A stretch of DNA of 32,000 bases from Candidatus Heimdallarchaeota archaeon (lineage in GTDB: Archaea > Asgardarchaeota > Heimdallarchaeia > Heimdallarchaeales > Kariarchaeaceae). This document shows, in pieces, positions 7,531-16,094 of this stretch (positions are counted from its first letter, which is position 1; every line of letters starts with the position of its first letter). The stretch spans positions 30,001 to 62,000 of the forward strand of contig JASBSB010000005.1 of assembly GCA_030149205.1 (NCBI GenBank). Reading direction: 5' to 3'. Both the position numbers and the translations under genes were made by a program. The notes beneath the pieces were generated by a model that made no database searches, had not been told where the DNA came from, and was given only the letters and a program-made list of their open reading frames with translations.

Positions 7531-9147
7531 CTATCTTGGTACACCTTCATTAGACCATTTCTTCAATAAATTAATTAACTCCTTCTTTTTATCCAAAGGC
7601 TTCCCAACAAATGCGTAAACTTGACTCAATCCCAGGCTACCCAAGACCTCATACGCTTCATCCATATCACAAATTGAGCTTATTCTATTATGGAAATTTT
7701 TGTTTGTTGTTGATTCATTAATAAATTCAATGAATAAGGATAAGACCTTTTTTGTGTTATCATCAACAGTTGGCTTTGGTTTTGAAGTTTCTTTCGGTTT
7801 AGCTTTTTTAGCTTCTTCTTGTTTTTCTTCTTTCTTCTTTTCATTGATAGTTGATGAAGTTTCATTAGGAACAGCTTTTGCTTTTGTTACTGTCTCTTTT
7901 TCCATTTCTTTGGCATCTTTAGCTACATCTGTTTCAGAATTCACCATGGGTTCTGGGCTGTCATCTTTATTTTTTGCCTCCTGTCGCTTTCTTCTGTGTG
8001 CTAAATATTCTGAGGGTTTAATCCAACCCTCTGTTGAAACCTCTACTGTCTTTGTAGGTTCAGGATCCTGTGTAGGTGTGGATTGTTGTTCCTCAATTGA
8101 AGTTTCTTGCTGCTTTTCTTCTACCTTCTCTTCGATTTGTTTTTCTGATTCAGGTTTTGTTTTTTCAGGAATACCAGCAGAAGGAACCTTTTGAGGCGTT
8201 GGAGCAGAGGGTGATTCATCAAACGTTTTAACAGGTTTTTTGACCTTCTCTTTATCAGGTTCTACAGGTGTTGGTTGTGGACTTTCCTTGACCGTTTCTG
8301 TTGGTTTAGATTCAGGGATTTTCTGAGGGATTGGAGCAGAGGGTGATTCATCATACGTTCTAACCGGTTCTTTTACAATTTCTTTCACTGATACTTCTTT
8401 TTCTGTTTGTACCATTTGAGCAGATGGCTTGGTTTCGTGCTCTTTCTCCTGAACATTTGTTACATTAGATGTTTGAGTTAAAGGAGTTGTTTTTGTCCCC
8501 CTTAATTCCTCCTGTTCTGTGTTAAACTGGTTAACAAATTCATTGACAAGAGTTTCAAAATCTTCCACATTAAACTCATAGTTCTCTGGATCAGAAACAG
8601 CTAGAGATAACTCATCAATCAGAGGAAGAAATAGTGTCATAAACTCTTCATATTCAACAGAAATCAACTTTAACCCATTAATTATTGTCGAGATAGCATC
8701 GCTAACTGTATTATGAATCTCGACAATCTGTTCCTCCGAGGGAAAGCCACCCTCTTGAACCATCATCATCAGTTGCTGTCTTAATGTTTCTACCTCGCTA
8801 TCTAAGACCTCTGATTTGCTGGCAAGAAACACCTTCTCCTCATCAATCTTCTTTACTTCCTGACCCAGCTCTGCTAGCCGACTGTTAGCCTCATTGAACT
8901 TCTCTTTTAAAGCCTCATTTTCACTTATGCGAAGATTTAGCTCTTTTGTGAGGTGTTCATTTTTCTTTTTTTCAGTCTCTACTTTTTCCTCAGTTTTTTC
9001 TTTGATCTTATCAAAGGCTTTTATTCTTCGCATGACAAGTTGGGGACTCATGTTTTCTTGCTTAATGAAATTAACTATGAAGATGATGTCTGCAGGATCA
9101 ATATTGTTCTCTCTGAATACTTCTTCCAGATTCGAAGAGTTGCTCAT
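7531..9147 (-). CDS. Coiled-coil plus long intrinsically disordered protein with a small C-terminal helical domain
   Basis: Heptad-rich aa ~45-130, P/E/K/T/S-rich low-complexity aa ~215-455, compact C-terminal ~75 aa. Confidence 0.88.
   Translation of the reverse strand: MSNSSNLEEVFRENNIDPADIIFIVNFIKQENMSPQLVMRRIKAFDKIKEKTEEKVETEKKKNEHLTKELNLRISENEALKEKFNEANSRLAELGQEVKKIDEEKVFLASKSEVLDSEVETLRQQLMMMVQEGGFPSEEQIVEIHNTVSDAISTIINGLKLISVEYEEFMTLFLPLIDELSLAVSDPENYEFNVEDFETLVNEFVNQFNTEQEELRGTKTTPLTQTSNVTNVQEKEHETKPSAQMVQTEKEVSVKEIVKEPVRTYDESPSAPIPQKIPESKPTETVKESPQPTPVEPDKEKVKKPVKTFDESPSAPTPQKVPSAGIPEKTKPESEKQIEEKVEEKQQETSIEEQQSTPTQDPEPTKTVEVSTEGWIKPSEYLAHRRKRQEAKNKDDSPEPMVNSETDVAKDAKEMEKETVTKAKAVPNETSSTINEKKKEEKQEEAKKAKPKETSKPKPTVDDNTKKVLSLFIEFINESTTNKNFHNRISSICDMDEAYEVLGSLGLSQVYAFVGKPLDKKKELINLLKKWSNEGVPR
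8199..8353. repeat. Intragenic direct repeat: exact 23-mer TTGGAGCAGAGGGTGATTCATCA at 8199-8221 and 8331-8353 (132-nt period)
   Basis: Encodes KEPVRTYDESPSAPIPQKIP and KKPVKTFDESPSAPTPQKVP on the minus strand. Confidence 0.92.
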
Positions 9148-9192
9148 TAGTATACCGATTAAGAATAATTAATTTTAGTATTCTGTTAGATA

Positions 9193-9579
9193 ATGATAAA
9201 AAGCAAAAAAATTCACTTTTCTTTGTTTATAAAACTACATCTCATTAAAAATTTCATGTTGTTTGAGCAACAAGGTTCGCTAACAATTTTTGAACTTTGG
9301 AAGAGAATATTGAGTATCAACGAAATTTATTTTCGATTTTCAAGTGGAACCAAGGTTCATATTGAAACTCCAAAAAAGAAGGTGTTAGCAACCCACATGA
9401 CTCATCGCATTCCCCTTGAATTACTAAATAGTTATTTATTTGAAGCTCTGGTTTTCAGCTTCAGAGACTATAACCCGAAAAAATTTTATAAAGTAAATTT
9501 ACATCCATATCAATATCTTTTACATTCCAAGATACAAAATAAGATATTCTCTTTAGAATATGTAAAATTAACACACTAA
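9193..9579 (+). CDS. Possible hypothetical protein (start uncertain, perhaps the second ATG, MLFEQQ)
   Basis: 128 open codons in very AT-rich DNA with no long antisense gene to explain them, but F/I/K/Y/N-biased composition and no motif. Confidence 0.4.
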   Translation: MIKSKKIHFSLFIKLHLIKNFMLFEQQGSLTIFELWKRILSINEIYFRFSSGTKVHIETPKKKVLATHMTHRIPLELLNSYLFEALVFSFRDYNPKKFYKVNLHPYQYLLHSKIQNKIFSLEYVKLTH

Positions 9580-9634
9580 ACTTAATTTTTTCCTTTTCAA
9601 ATATCTTGATGATTTTATATTAGACGAAATAACT

Positions 9635-11083
9635 ATGGTTGTGCAGGTTCAGGTCTTTAAAGAACAACTCGTTGAAAAATACAGACCGAAATCAAAGTCA
9701 GACCTAATCGGTAATGAAGAGGCGGTGAAGAAAGTTTTTGATTTTCTATCAAATTGGAAACCTGGTGACAAATTAAAGTCCCTGCTACTTGTGGGTCCAC
9801 CAGGGACTGGAAAGACATCATCAGTTTACGCAATAGCAAATGATCTTGGATATGATGTTGTAGAGTTCAATGCTTCAGACACACGTAGAAAAAATGAAAT
9901 TAATGAAACCGTTTTACCCATATCAAAGTTTGGTTCTATTGATGGTGAGGTTAAGAGGGTCATCTTACTAGATGAAATAGATGGGCTATCAGGACAGAAA
10001 GATAGGGGGGCAGTCCCAGCGATCAAAAAATTAATTTCTGATTCTAATTATCCAGTCTTATTATGTGCTAATGATCCAGAAAGCAGATATGTTGAAGCTT
10101 TAGCTAAATCAGCTCCTTTGGTCGTATTCACCCGTCCAGATGAATTCACAATCTTTGATTTATTAGAATCTATAGTTGAAAAAGAAAAATTGAAGGTTGA
10201 TGAAATTACCTTACAAATTATTTCGGAAATGTCAGCGGGCGATATTCGTGCTGCATTGAATGAATTAGAAGCTGCAGCAGTTGGTAAAGATAGAGGATAT
10301 ATACCAGCCAAAAGGGATAAAATGAGGATATTACTGGATTACTTTAACAATTTCTTCCAGTCAAAAACTCCTGAAGAAGCAAAAAAAGCCTGGGAAGGAG
10401 CTCCGAGTGATTATGCGCTTATTTTGAACTTTCTGGTAGACCTGACATCATCTCAATGTAAAAATAAACATGAAATTGCTAACGCTTATAGAGTTCTCGC
10501 CTACGCAGATTTGATCTTTACGCGAATAATTTGGACTCAAAATTGGGGACTCCTACGATTCTTTTTTGATATGATTGGTCCCGAATTAAGAAGATCAATA
10601 GAGGTAAGAAGAACCCCCAGAATCAAAAGATTAAATAATCTTCCGAATTCATATTTTGCCAGAGGAAGGAGTAAAACTGTAAACAAGCTTGCCTGGGAAT
10701 TATCAGAAGAGGTTGCCCATAAATTACACCTTGGAAAAAACACCTTTGTTTTTCGTGAATTTCCATATTTCTTGAAAATTATGAAAGGAAAAACTGGAGC
10801 TAATGTGTTAGCTTCATTAGATGTAAGCGAAGAGTTAGTTCAGAAGATTGTCAGAACAACTGGCTCAAATGAAATTCTAAAATTCATTGAGGAATCTCGG
10901 AGAGATATTGGTCTTACAAGGGTAAAAGACCAAAACGAAAGTATTAAGCCTGAAGAAGATGTGGTTCAAGGTTTATTGGATCGTTTTTTAATAGATGAAA
11001 CAAAACCCTCAGAAATTGAATCGACCTCAAAGAAAAAACAGGAAGATGTAAAAGACCAACAAACCCTTGACAGCTTTTTCTGA
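9635..11083 (+). CDS. rfcL: Replication factor C large subunit
   Basis: EKYRP, Walker A GPPGTGKTS, NASD, Walker B LLDEIDG, GDIR, C-terminal canonical PIP box QQTLDSFF. Confidence 0.96.
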   Translation: MVVQVQVFKEQLVEKYRPKSKSDLIGNEEAVKKVFDFLSNWKPGDKLKSLLLVGPPGTGKTSSVYAIANDLGYDVVEFNASDTRRKNEINETVLPISKFGSIDGEVKRVILLDEIDGLSGQKDRGAVPAIKKLISDSNYPVLLCANDPESRYVEALAKSAPLVVFTRPDEFTIFDLLESIVEKEKLKVDEITLQIISEMSAGDIRAALNELEAAAVGKDRGYIPAKRDKMRILLDYFNNFFQSKTPEEAKKAWEGAPSDYALILNFLVDLTSSQCKNKHEIANAYRVLAYADLIFTRIIWTQNWGLLRFFFDMIGPELRRSIEVRRTPRIKRLNNLPNSYFARGRSKTVNKLAWELSEEVAHKLHLGKNTFVFREFPYFLKIMKGKTGANVLASLDVSEELVQKIVRTTGSNEILKFIEESRRDIGLTRVKDQNESIKPEEDVVQGLLDRFLIDETKPSEIESTSKKKQEDVKDQQTLDSFF

Positions 11084-11090
11084 TGCAATT

Positions 11091-11900
11091 ATGACAATTC
11101 TAAAACTAATGACATTAAATCAGACAATTTCAAAAGGTCAATCAATCCTTGACTTTATGATTTATCAATCACAGCTTGTATACGATAAAACAAAAGAATT
11201 AAACCCGGACATGATTGTTTTTCCTGAATACTCATTTGGTAGAGATTTATTAAAAAGCAGTGATCTGGAAAATCTGATAAACCTGTATGTGGAACCTCAT
11301 CCAACATTGGTTCTAGGTACAGGAGTTCATCAAGCTAAAGACAAGTATAGAAATACTGCAATTGTTCTCTCGAAATCAAATGAAATTCATCTTATTCAAA
11401 AATCACATTTGATGTCGCATGAAAGGGATAAAGGTCTAATTGCAAAGGATTGGAATAATCTAAGCCAGAATATTGTTGAATTTTCAAATGGGTTAAAAGC
11501 TGGAATCGTTATCTGTGCAGACCTTTGGAATTCTGAATTTATAGGTATGTTGGTTGCAAAGGGTATAGATATTCTCTTGGTTCCAACTATGTCTGTTACA
11601 CTTGACAACCATGATATGTATGCTAGATATCAATGGTATTCATTAGCTTTAGTTAGGTCTAGAGAATTTGTAATTCCTATCGTAGTATCAGATCAGCTAT
11701 CCAGACCCAGGGTAACAACAGGGTTTGCCAGCTGTATCGTAGATCCTTCAGTTAAAAATTCCAAAATTAAATCTCTTGAGGATTTTTTGATTCTTCCTGA
11801 CAAAGCTGGAGTTGCTTATGGTGAGATTGATTTAAGTAAAATAAATGAGTACAGAAAGTACCGACAGAATGAGGGTTTGTACAAGGAGCGATTAGACTAA
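11091..11900 (+). CDS. Carbon-nitrogen hydrolase (nitrilase superfamily)
   Basis: Catalytic triad E (VFPEY), K (IQKSHL), C (ICADLW). ATG 11091 preferred over TTG 11067. Confidence 0.9.
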   Translation: MTILKLMTLNQTISKGQSILDFMIYQSQLVYDKTKELNPDMIVFPEYSFGRDLLKSSDLENLINLYVEPHPTLVLGTGVHQAKDKYRNTAIVLSKSNEIHLIQKSHLMSHERDKGLIAKDWNNLSQNIVEFSNGLKAGIVICADLWNSEFIGMLVAKGIDILLVPTMSVTLDNHDMYARYQWYSLALVRSREFVIPIVVSDQLSRPRVTTGFASCIVDPSVKNSKIKSLEDFLILPDKAGVAYGEIDLSKINEYRKYRQNEGLYKERLD

Positions 11901-12047
11901 AGACCTTCAAAATTAAATTACAGTGCAAATTTCCAATTATCACTATGTATAATTAAATTAAATTAAATTTTAAATTTAAAAATTTGACATGGAGTATACT
12001 TTAAATTTATAAAAATAACTATATTGGTATTCATAGAAGGCTTCATC

Positions 12048-12860
12048 ATGATTGAATTAGAAGTAGTCAATAACTTTGAAAATCAGAGAAGAGATAATTG
12101 GTGGTTTGCCCCTGCCTTAATGGCAAGCTATCTTATCATCTTTGGGATATATACCTTTTGGGTGATTTTATTTCTTCCTCGAGACCAAGCATTTTTGCAT
12201 TGGAATACTAGTGCTTCGGGAACAAATTATCTGAGCCCCTTTTATTCTCCAGATATTGAGGTGTTTGGGATAAAACCCCCAACAATCAATATTTTTGGAT
12301 TTTTGTGGGCAGTCTCCCCAGCAATTTTTGTGATCTGGGGACCCGTTGGATTTAGAGCCACCTGTTATTATGGTAGAAAAGTTTACTACAGGAGTTTCTT
12401 TATGTCTCCTCCTGCATGTGCAGTTGATGGTTTGAAAACAAGAAAAGGAAAATATCACGGAGAGGAATGGTCTGTCTTTAAGGTAGTACATTTTCACAGG
12501 TACTTCTTCTATTTAGCTGTTATCTTAGTAATTTTCCATTGGATTGAAACATTTCAAGCATTCCAATTTAGAAATTCTGGAGGTGGATTGAGCTATGGAA
12601 TTGGTTTAGGGACATTGTTGAGCTTAACTGATGCCATACTTCTTACGCTTTATACTATGACTTGCCACTCATTCAGAAATCTGCTTGGTGGTACAAACAC
12701 ACCAGGCTCTTTCAGATATTGGCTCTGGAATAAAATATCTAAAATCAATAAGTACCATGGAAACTTCTTCTGGTATTCCATTGTTACAATACTGGTTGTT
12801 GATGTGTATTTTAGATTTGTTGCATGGGGAACAATTGTTGATCCAAGGTGGTTATTCTAA
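12048..12860 (+). CDS. Succinate dehydrogenase membrane subunit, mycobacterial Sdh1 (Rv0249c-like) type
   Basis: RRDNWW, YLSPFYSP, GFRATCYYGRKVYYRSFFMSPPACAV, HRYFFY, CHSFRNLLGG; several TM helices; first gene of the sdh operon. ATG 12048. Confidence 0.85.
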   Translation: MIELEVVNNFENQRRDNWWFAPALMASYLIIFGIYTFWVILFLPRDQAFLHWNTSASGTNYLSPFYSPDIEVFGIKPPTINIFGFLWAVSPAIFVIWGPVGFRATCYYGRKVYYRSFFMSPPACAVDGLKTRKGKYHGEEWSVFKVVHFHRYFFYLAVILVIFHWIETFQAFQFRNSGGGLSYGIGLGTLLSLTDAILLTLYTMTCHSFRNLLGGTNTPGSFRYWLWNKISKINKYHGNFFWYSIVTILVVDVYFRFVAWGTIVDPRWLF

Positions 12861-14692
12861 TGAAAATAGATGTAAATGAAGAATTTAAAAACATTAAGAG
12901 GTATGAAACTGACGTACTAGTTATAGGAGCTGGAGGTGCCGGATTAAGGGCTGCAATCTCTGTTGCTGAGGCAGGATTGCATGGAATTATTGTCTCAAAA
13001 TCTCTATTAGGAAAGGCCCACACAGTCATGGCAGAAGGTGGTGCTGCGGCTTCTTTGGGGAACGTAGATCCAAGAGACAATTGGATGGTACATTTCAGAG
13101 ACACAATGAAAGGTGGAAAATACCATAACAATTGGAAAATGGCTGAAGTTTTTGCAAAGGATGCTCCTGAGAGAATCAGAGAATTAGAGCTTTATGGAGC
13201 TGTATTTGATAGAACCGAACAAGGGAAAATCAAACAAAGAAACTTTGGAGGACACAAATTCCCACGTCTTGCCCATGTTGGAGACAGGACTGGATTAGAA
13301 TTGATAAGGACATTACAAGATAAAGTTGTCCATTTTGAAAATATTGATATCCATATGGAAACTGCAATTTCTAAACTACTTGTCGAGAATGGAGAGGTCA
13401 CAGGAGCTTTTGGATACGACAGACAATCTGGAGACCTTCTTTTATTTGAGGCAAAATCAGTAATTTTAGCAACAGGGGGTTTTGGAAAGACCTTTAGGAT
13501 AACCTCTAACAGCTGGGAGCTGACTGGTGATGGTGAAGCTATGTTGTATAATGAAGGTGGAGAGCTTACAGACATGGAATTTATTCAATTCCATCCTACT
13601 GGGATGGTTTATCCCAACTCTGTTAAAGGAACTCTTGTTACAGAAGGTGTAAGAGGAGAAGGTGGTATCCTGAGAAACTCAGAAGGTAAAAGATTTATGT
13701 TTAACTATGTACCAGAGATGTTTAAGGATGATTATGCCACCACTGAAGAGGAGGCGGATAAATGGATTACTGGTGACCCTAATGCCCGCAGGCCACCTGA
13801 ACTTCTCACTCGTGATGTAGTCTCAAAGGCCATCCGCTCAGAAGTTAAAGCAGGGAGAGGTTCTCCCCATGGTGGTGCGTTTCTTGATATTGCATCAAGA
13901 AGGACCCCTGAAGAAATTAAAAAAGCTCTTCCAAGTATGTATCACCAGTTCAAAAAGCTTGCAAAATTAGATATCACAAAAGAACCCATGGAAGTGGGGC
14001 CAACAGCACATTATGCTATGGGAGGCATAAAGGTTGATGGTGTTACTCAAGAAACAAATATTAAAGGTATTTTTGCAGCAGGAGAGGTTGGTGCTGGTCT
14101 TCATGGTGCAAACAGATTAGGAGGTAACTCATTAACTGATTTGCTTGTATTTGGGAAAATCGCCGGTGACTATGCCGCGAAACGAGCAAAAGAAACAACA
14201 CTGAAAAAACCATCAGAACAAAAGATTAAAGAAGCAATAGAAGTGACTTTAGAGCCGTTTAAGGATGGTAATGACATCAATCCTTATGAAATTCATGCTG
14301 AATTAAGAGAGAAGATGGAGGAATATGCAGGGATTGTTCGAGATGAACAAGGAATGAAAAAAGGGTTAGACGTTCTCTATGAGTTTCTTGAAAGGTCAAA
14401 ACACGTAAAAGCCTCAGGAGACTCCAGAATGTACAACTCCTCATGGCATCAGTCATTAGATGTCAAACACATGGTTATTACCGGAATTATTCTAACTACT
14501 GCTGCCTTACAAAGAAAAGAAAGTAGAGGAGCACATACAAGAGAAGATTTTCCGAAACCTGTAGATGACCTAATAAAGGTACTATATGTCATTTCAAAGG
14601 GACCTGATGGTAAACCTATTGTGAAAGAAGAACTTTATGATGACCTTCCAGCTGACCTTCAAAAAGCAATGGAAGAAGGAGAGGATGCATAA
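12860..14692 (+). CDS. sdhA: Succinate dehydrogenase / fumarate reductase flavoprotein subunit
   Basis: GAGGAG FAD motif, covalent-FAD His in KAHTVMAEGG, QFHPTG, TEGVRGEGG, LTRDVV, HYAMGG, HGANRLGGNSL, ESRGAH. TAATG coupling to the upstream gene. Confidence 0.96.
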   Translation: MKIDVNEEFKNIKRYETDVLVIGAGGAGLRAAISVAEAGLHGIIVSKSLLGKAHTVMAEGGAAASLGNVDPRDNWMVHFRDTMKGGKYHNNWKMAEVFAKDAPERIRELELYGAVFDRTEQGKIKQRNFGGHKFPRLAHVGDRTGLELIRTLQDKVVHFENIDIHMETAISKLLVENGEVTGAFGYDRQSGDLLLFEAKSVILATGGFGKTFRITSNSWELTGDGEAMLYNEGGELTDMEFIQFHPTGMVYPNSVKGTLVTEGVRGEGGILRNSEGKRFMFNYVPEMFKDDYATTEEEADKWITGDPNARRPPELLTRDVVSKAIRSEVKAGRGSPHGGAFLDIASRRTPEEIKKALPSMYHQFKKLAKLDITKEPMEVGPTAHYAMGGIKVDGVTQETNIKGIFAAGEVGAGLHGANRLGGNSLTDLLVFGKIAGDYAAKRAKETTLKKPSEQKIKEAIEVTLEPFKDGNDINPYEIHAELREKMEEYAGIVRDEQGMKKGLDVLYEFLERSKHVKASGDSRMYNSSWHQSLDVKHMVITGIILTTAALQRKESRGAHTREDFPKPVDDLIKVLYVISKGPDGKPIVKEELYDDLPADLQKAMEEGEDA

Positions 14693-15471
14693 TGCCTGAG
14701 AAAATAGATATTTATTCTGGTGCTACACTTGATAGCAAAATTGATCTTAGCATCCAAAGGGGAAGCAAGAATTCAGAAGTTAAAATGGAGAAGTATACAG
14801 TTGAATATGATAAAACTGAGGTAGTATTAGACCTCGTTCATCGTGTTCAAGCAGAATTTGCCCCTGATTTAGCAGTTCGATGGAACTGTAAAGCCGGGAA
14901 ATGTGGTTCTTGTTCAGCAGAAGTTAATGGTAGTCCCAAATTAATGTGCATGACAAAAATGTCAGATTATACTAATGCTAAATCCATGGAAATAAGACCT
15001 ATGAGAACATTTCCATTAATTAAAGACCTTGTAACTGATGTTTCATGGAACTTTGAGAAAAATAAGCAAATCAAACCATTCAAACCCCCTACTGGTGTAA
15101 AAGAGCTGACTATGTATCAACAGCATGTAGACCGAATCCAAGAGTATAGGAAGTGTATCGAATGTTTCCTTTGCCAGGATACCTGTCATGTATTGAGAAC
15201 ACATGAAGAGTTTAATCAGTATGCAGGCCCAAGGTTTATGATTCGATTGGCAACTCTAGAATTTCATCCTGAAGATCAGGAAGATAGAATTGGAGAAATA
15301 AAGAACACATTTGGTGTCAATATGTGTAATATAACTAAATGTTGCCAAGAGGTATGTCCTGAAGAAATTCACATCACAGACAATGGTATAATTCCATTAA
15401 AAGAACGAGTTGCAGATAACTTCTATGATCCTCTGATGATGGCAGTCTCATGGATTAAAAGACTCCTATAG
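14692..15471 (+). CDS. sdhB: Succinate dehydrogenase / fumarate reductase iron-sulfur subunit
   Basis: CKAGKCGSC...C (2Fe-2S), CIECFLCQDTC and CNITKCCQEVCP. TAATG coupling to sdhA. Confidence 0.95.
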   Translation: MPEKIDIYSGATLDSKIDLSIQRGSKNSEVKMEKYTVEYDKTEVVLDLVHRVQAEFAPDLAVRWNCKAGKCGSCSAEVNGSPKLMCMTKMSDYTNAKSMEIRPMRTFPLIKDLVTDVSWNFEKNKQIKPFKPPTGVKELTMYQQHVDRIQEYRKCIECFLCQDTCHVLRTHEEFNQYAGPRFMIRLATLEFHPEDQEDRIGEIKNTFGVNMCNITKCCQEVCPEEIHITDNGIIPLKERVADNFYDPLMMAVSWIKRLL

Positions 15472-15503
15472 ATTAATAACAGAATAATTTAATTAATAAC
15501 ACA

Positions 15504-16010
15504 TTACATTTCTTGATTATTTGAAGACATTTCTTTAGCTTTAGACCGATCAAAATAATAAATTTTTGGATCTCCTTCTTCATTTATAAGACCATTTTTT
15601 TCAACCTCTTTTTCAAAGATTTGTGCTCTATGAAAAATCTCATCTTCTATAGTAAGTCTGTTGTTTATCGTTTCAACCAAAATATAATTTTCATTATTAT
15701 AGGTTCTTGGTCTTCCCATTACCTCTATAATTTCTCCCTCATTTACTTTCTCTATTTCCTCTAATTCTCCCCATGCCTTTAACCTAATCACAGCAGTCCC
15801 ATCATCAAGATCTAAACTTGCGTATCTCTTCTCCTTATTTCCCTCTGAAACAAATTTACTTTTCACAACTCCTAAACAATTGATTCTCGAAATTTGTGTG
15901 TTATTAACATAAAATCTTACCTCACCATCAGGTAATTCTGTTGGGGTCATGGATTTAAATTGTGCCAATGAAAGCTGTAAAGCTGGCTTCCTTTTAAATT
16001 TATTAGTCAA
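15504..16010 (-). CDS. Single OB-fold protein, RPA2/RPA32-like
   Basis: ISRINCLGVV...LDLDDGTAVIRLKAW...EVMGRPRTYNNENYI pattern typical of the RPA2/Stn1-type OB fold. TTG start. Confidence 0.8.
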   Translation of the reverse strand: MTNKFKRKPALQLSLAQFKSMTPTELPDGEVRFYVNNTQISRINCLGVVKSKFVSEGNKEKRYASLDLDDGTAVIRLKAWGELEEIEKVNEGEIIEVMGRPRTYNNENYILVETINNRLTIEDEIFHRAQIFEKEVEKNGLINEEGDPKIYYFDRSKAKEMSSNNQEM

Positions 16011-16094
16011 TATAACTCAATTATGATAATTAAGAAAACCTTTGTGATTATTAAATAGATGAATTAAATAAAATTTTCAATTTATTGTGGTCAT

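Noticed and set aside
8199-8353. Direct repeats as a CRISPR mini-array
   Set aside because: Only two copies, in frame inside a CDS, with a 109-nt gap and no cas genes.
11948-11985. 38-nt pure A/T tract with AATTA repeats as an origin unwinding element
   Set aside because: No ORB-like repeats or orc1/cdc6 gene nearby; more simply promoter or terminator DNA.
1661-12000. GGAGTATACT repeated upstream of ftsZ/hypothetical (1661-1670) and the sdh operon (11991-12000)
   Set aside because: A 10-mer match among a few kb of AT-rich intergenic DNA is expected by chance, and there is no functional link or third copy.
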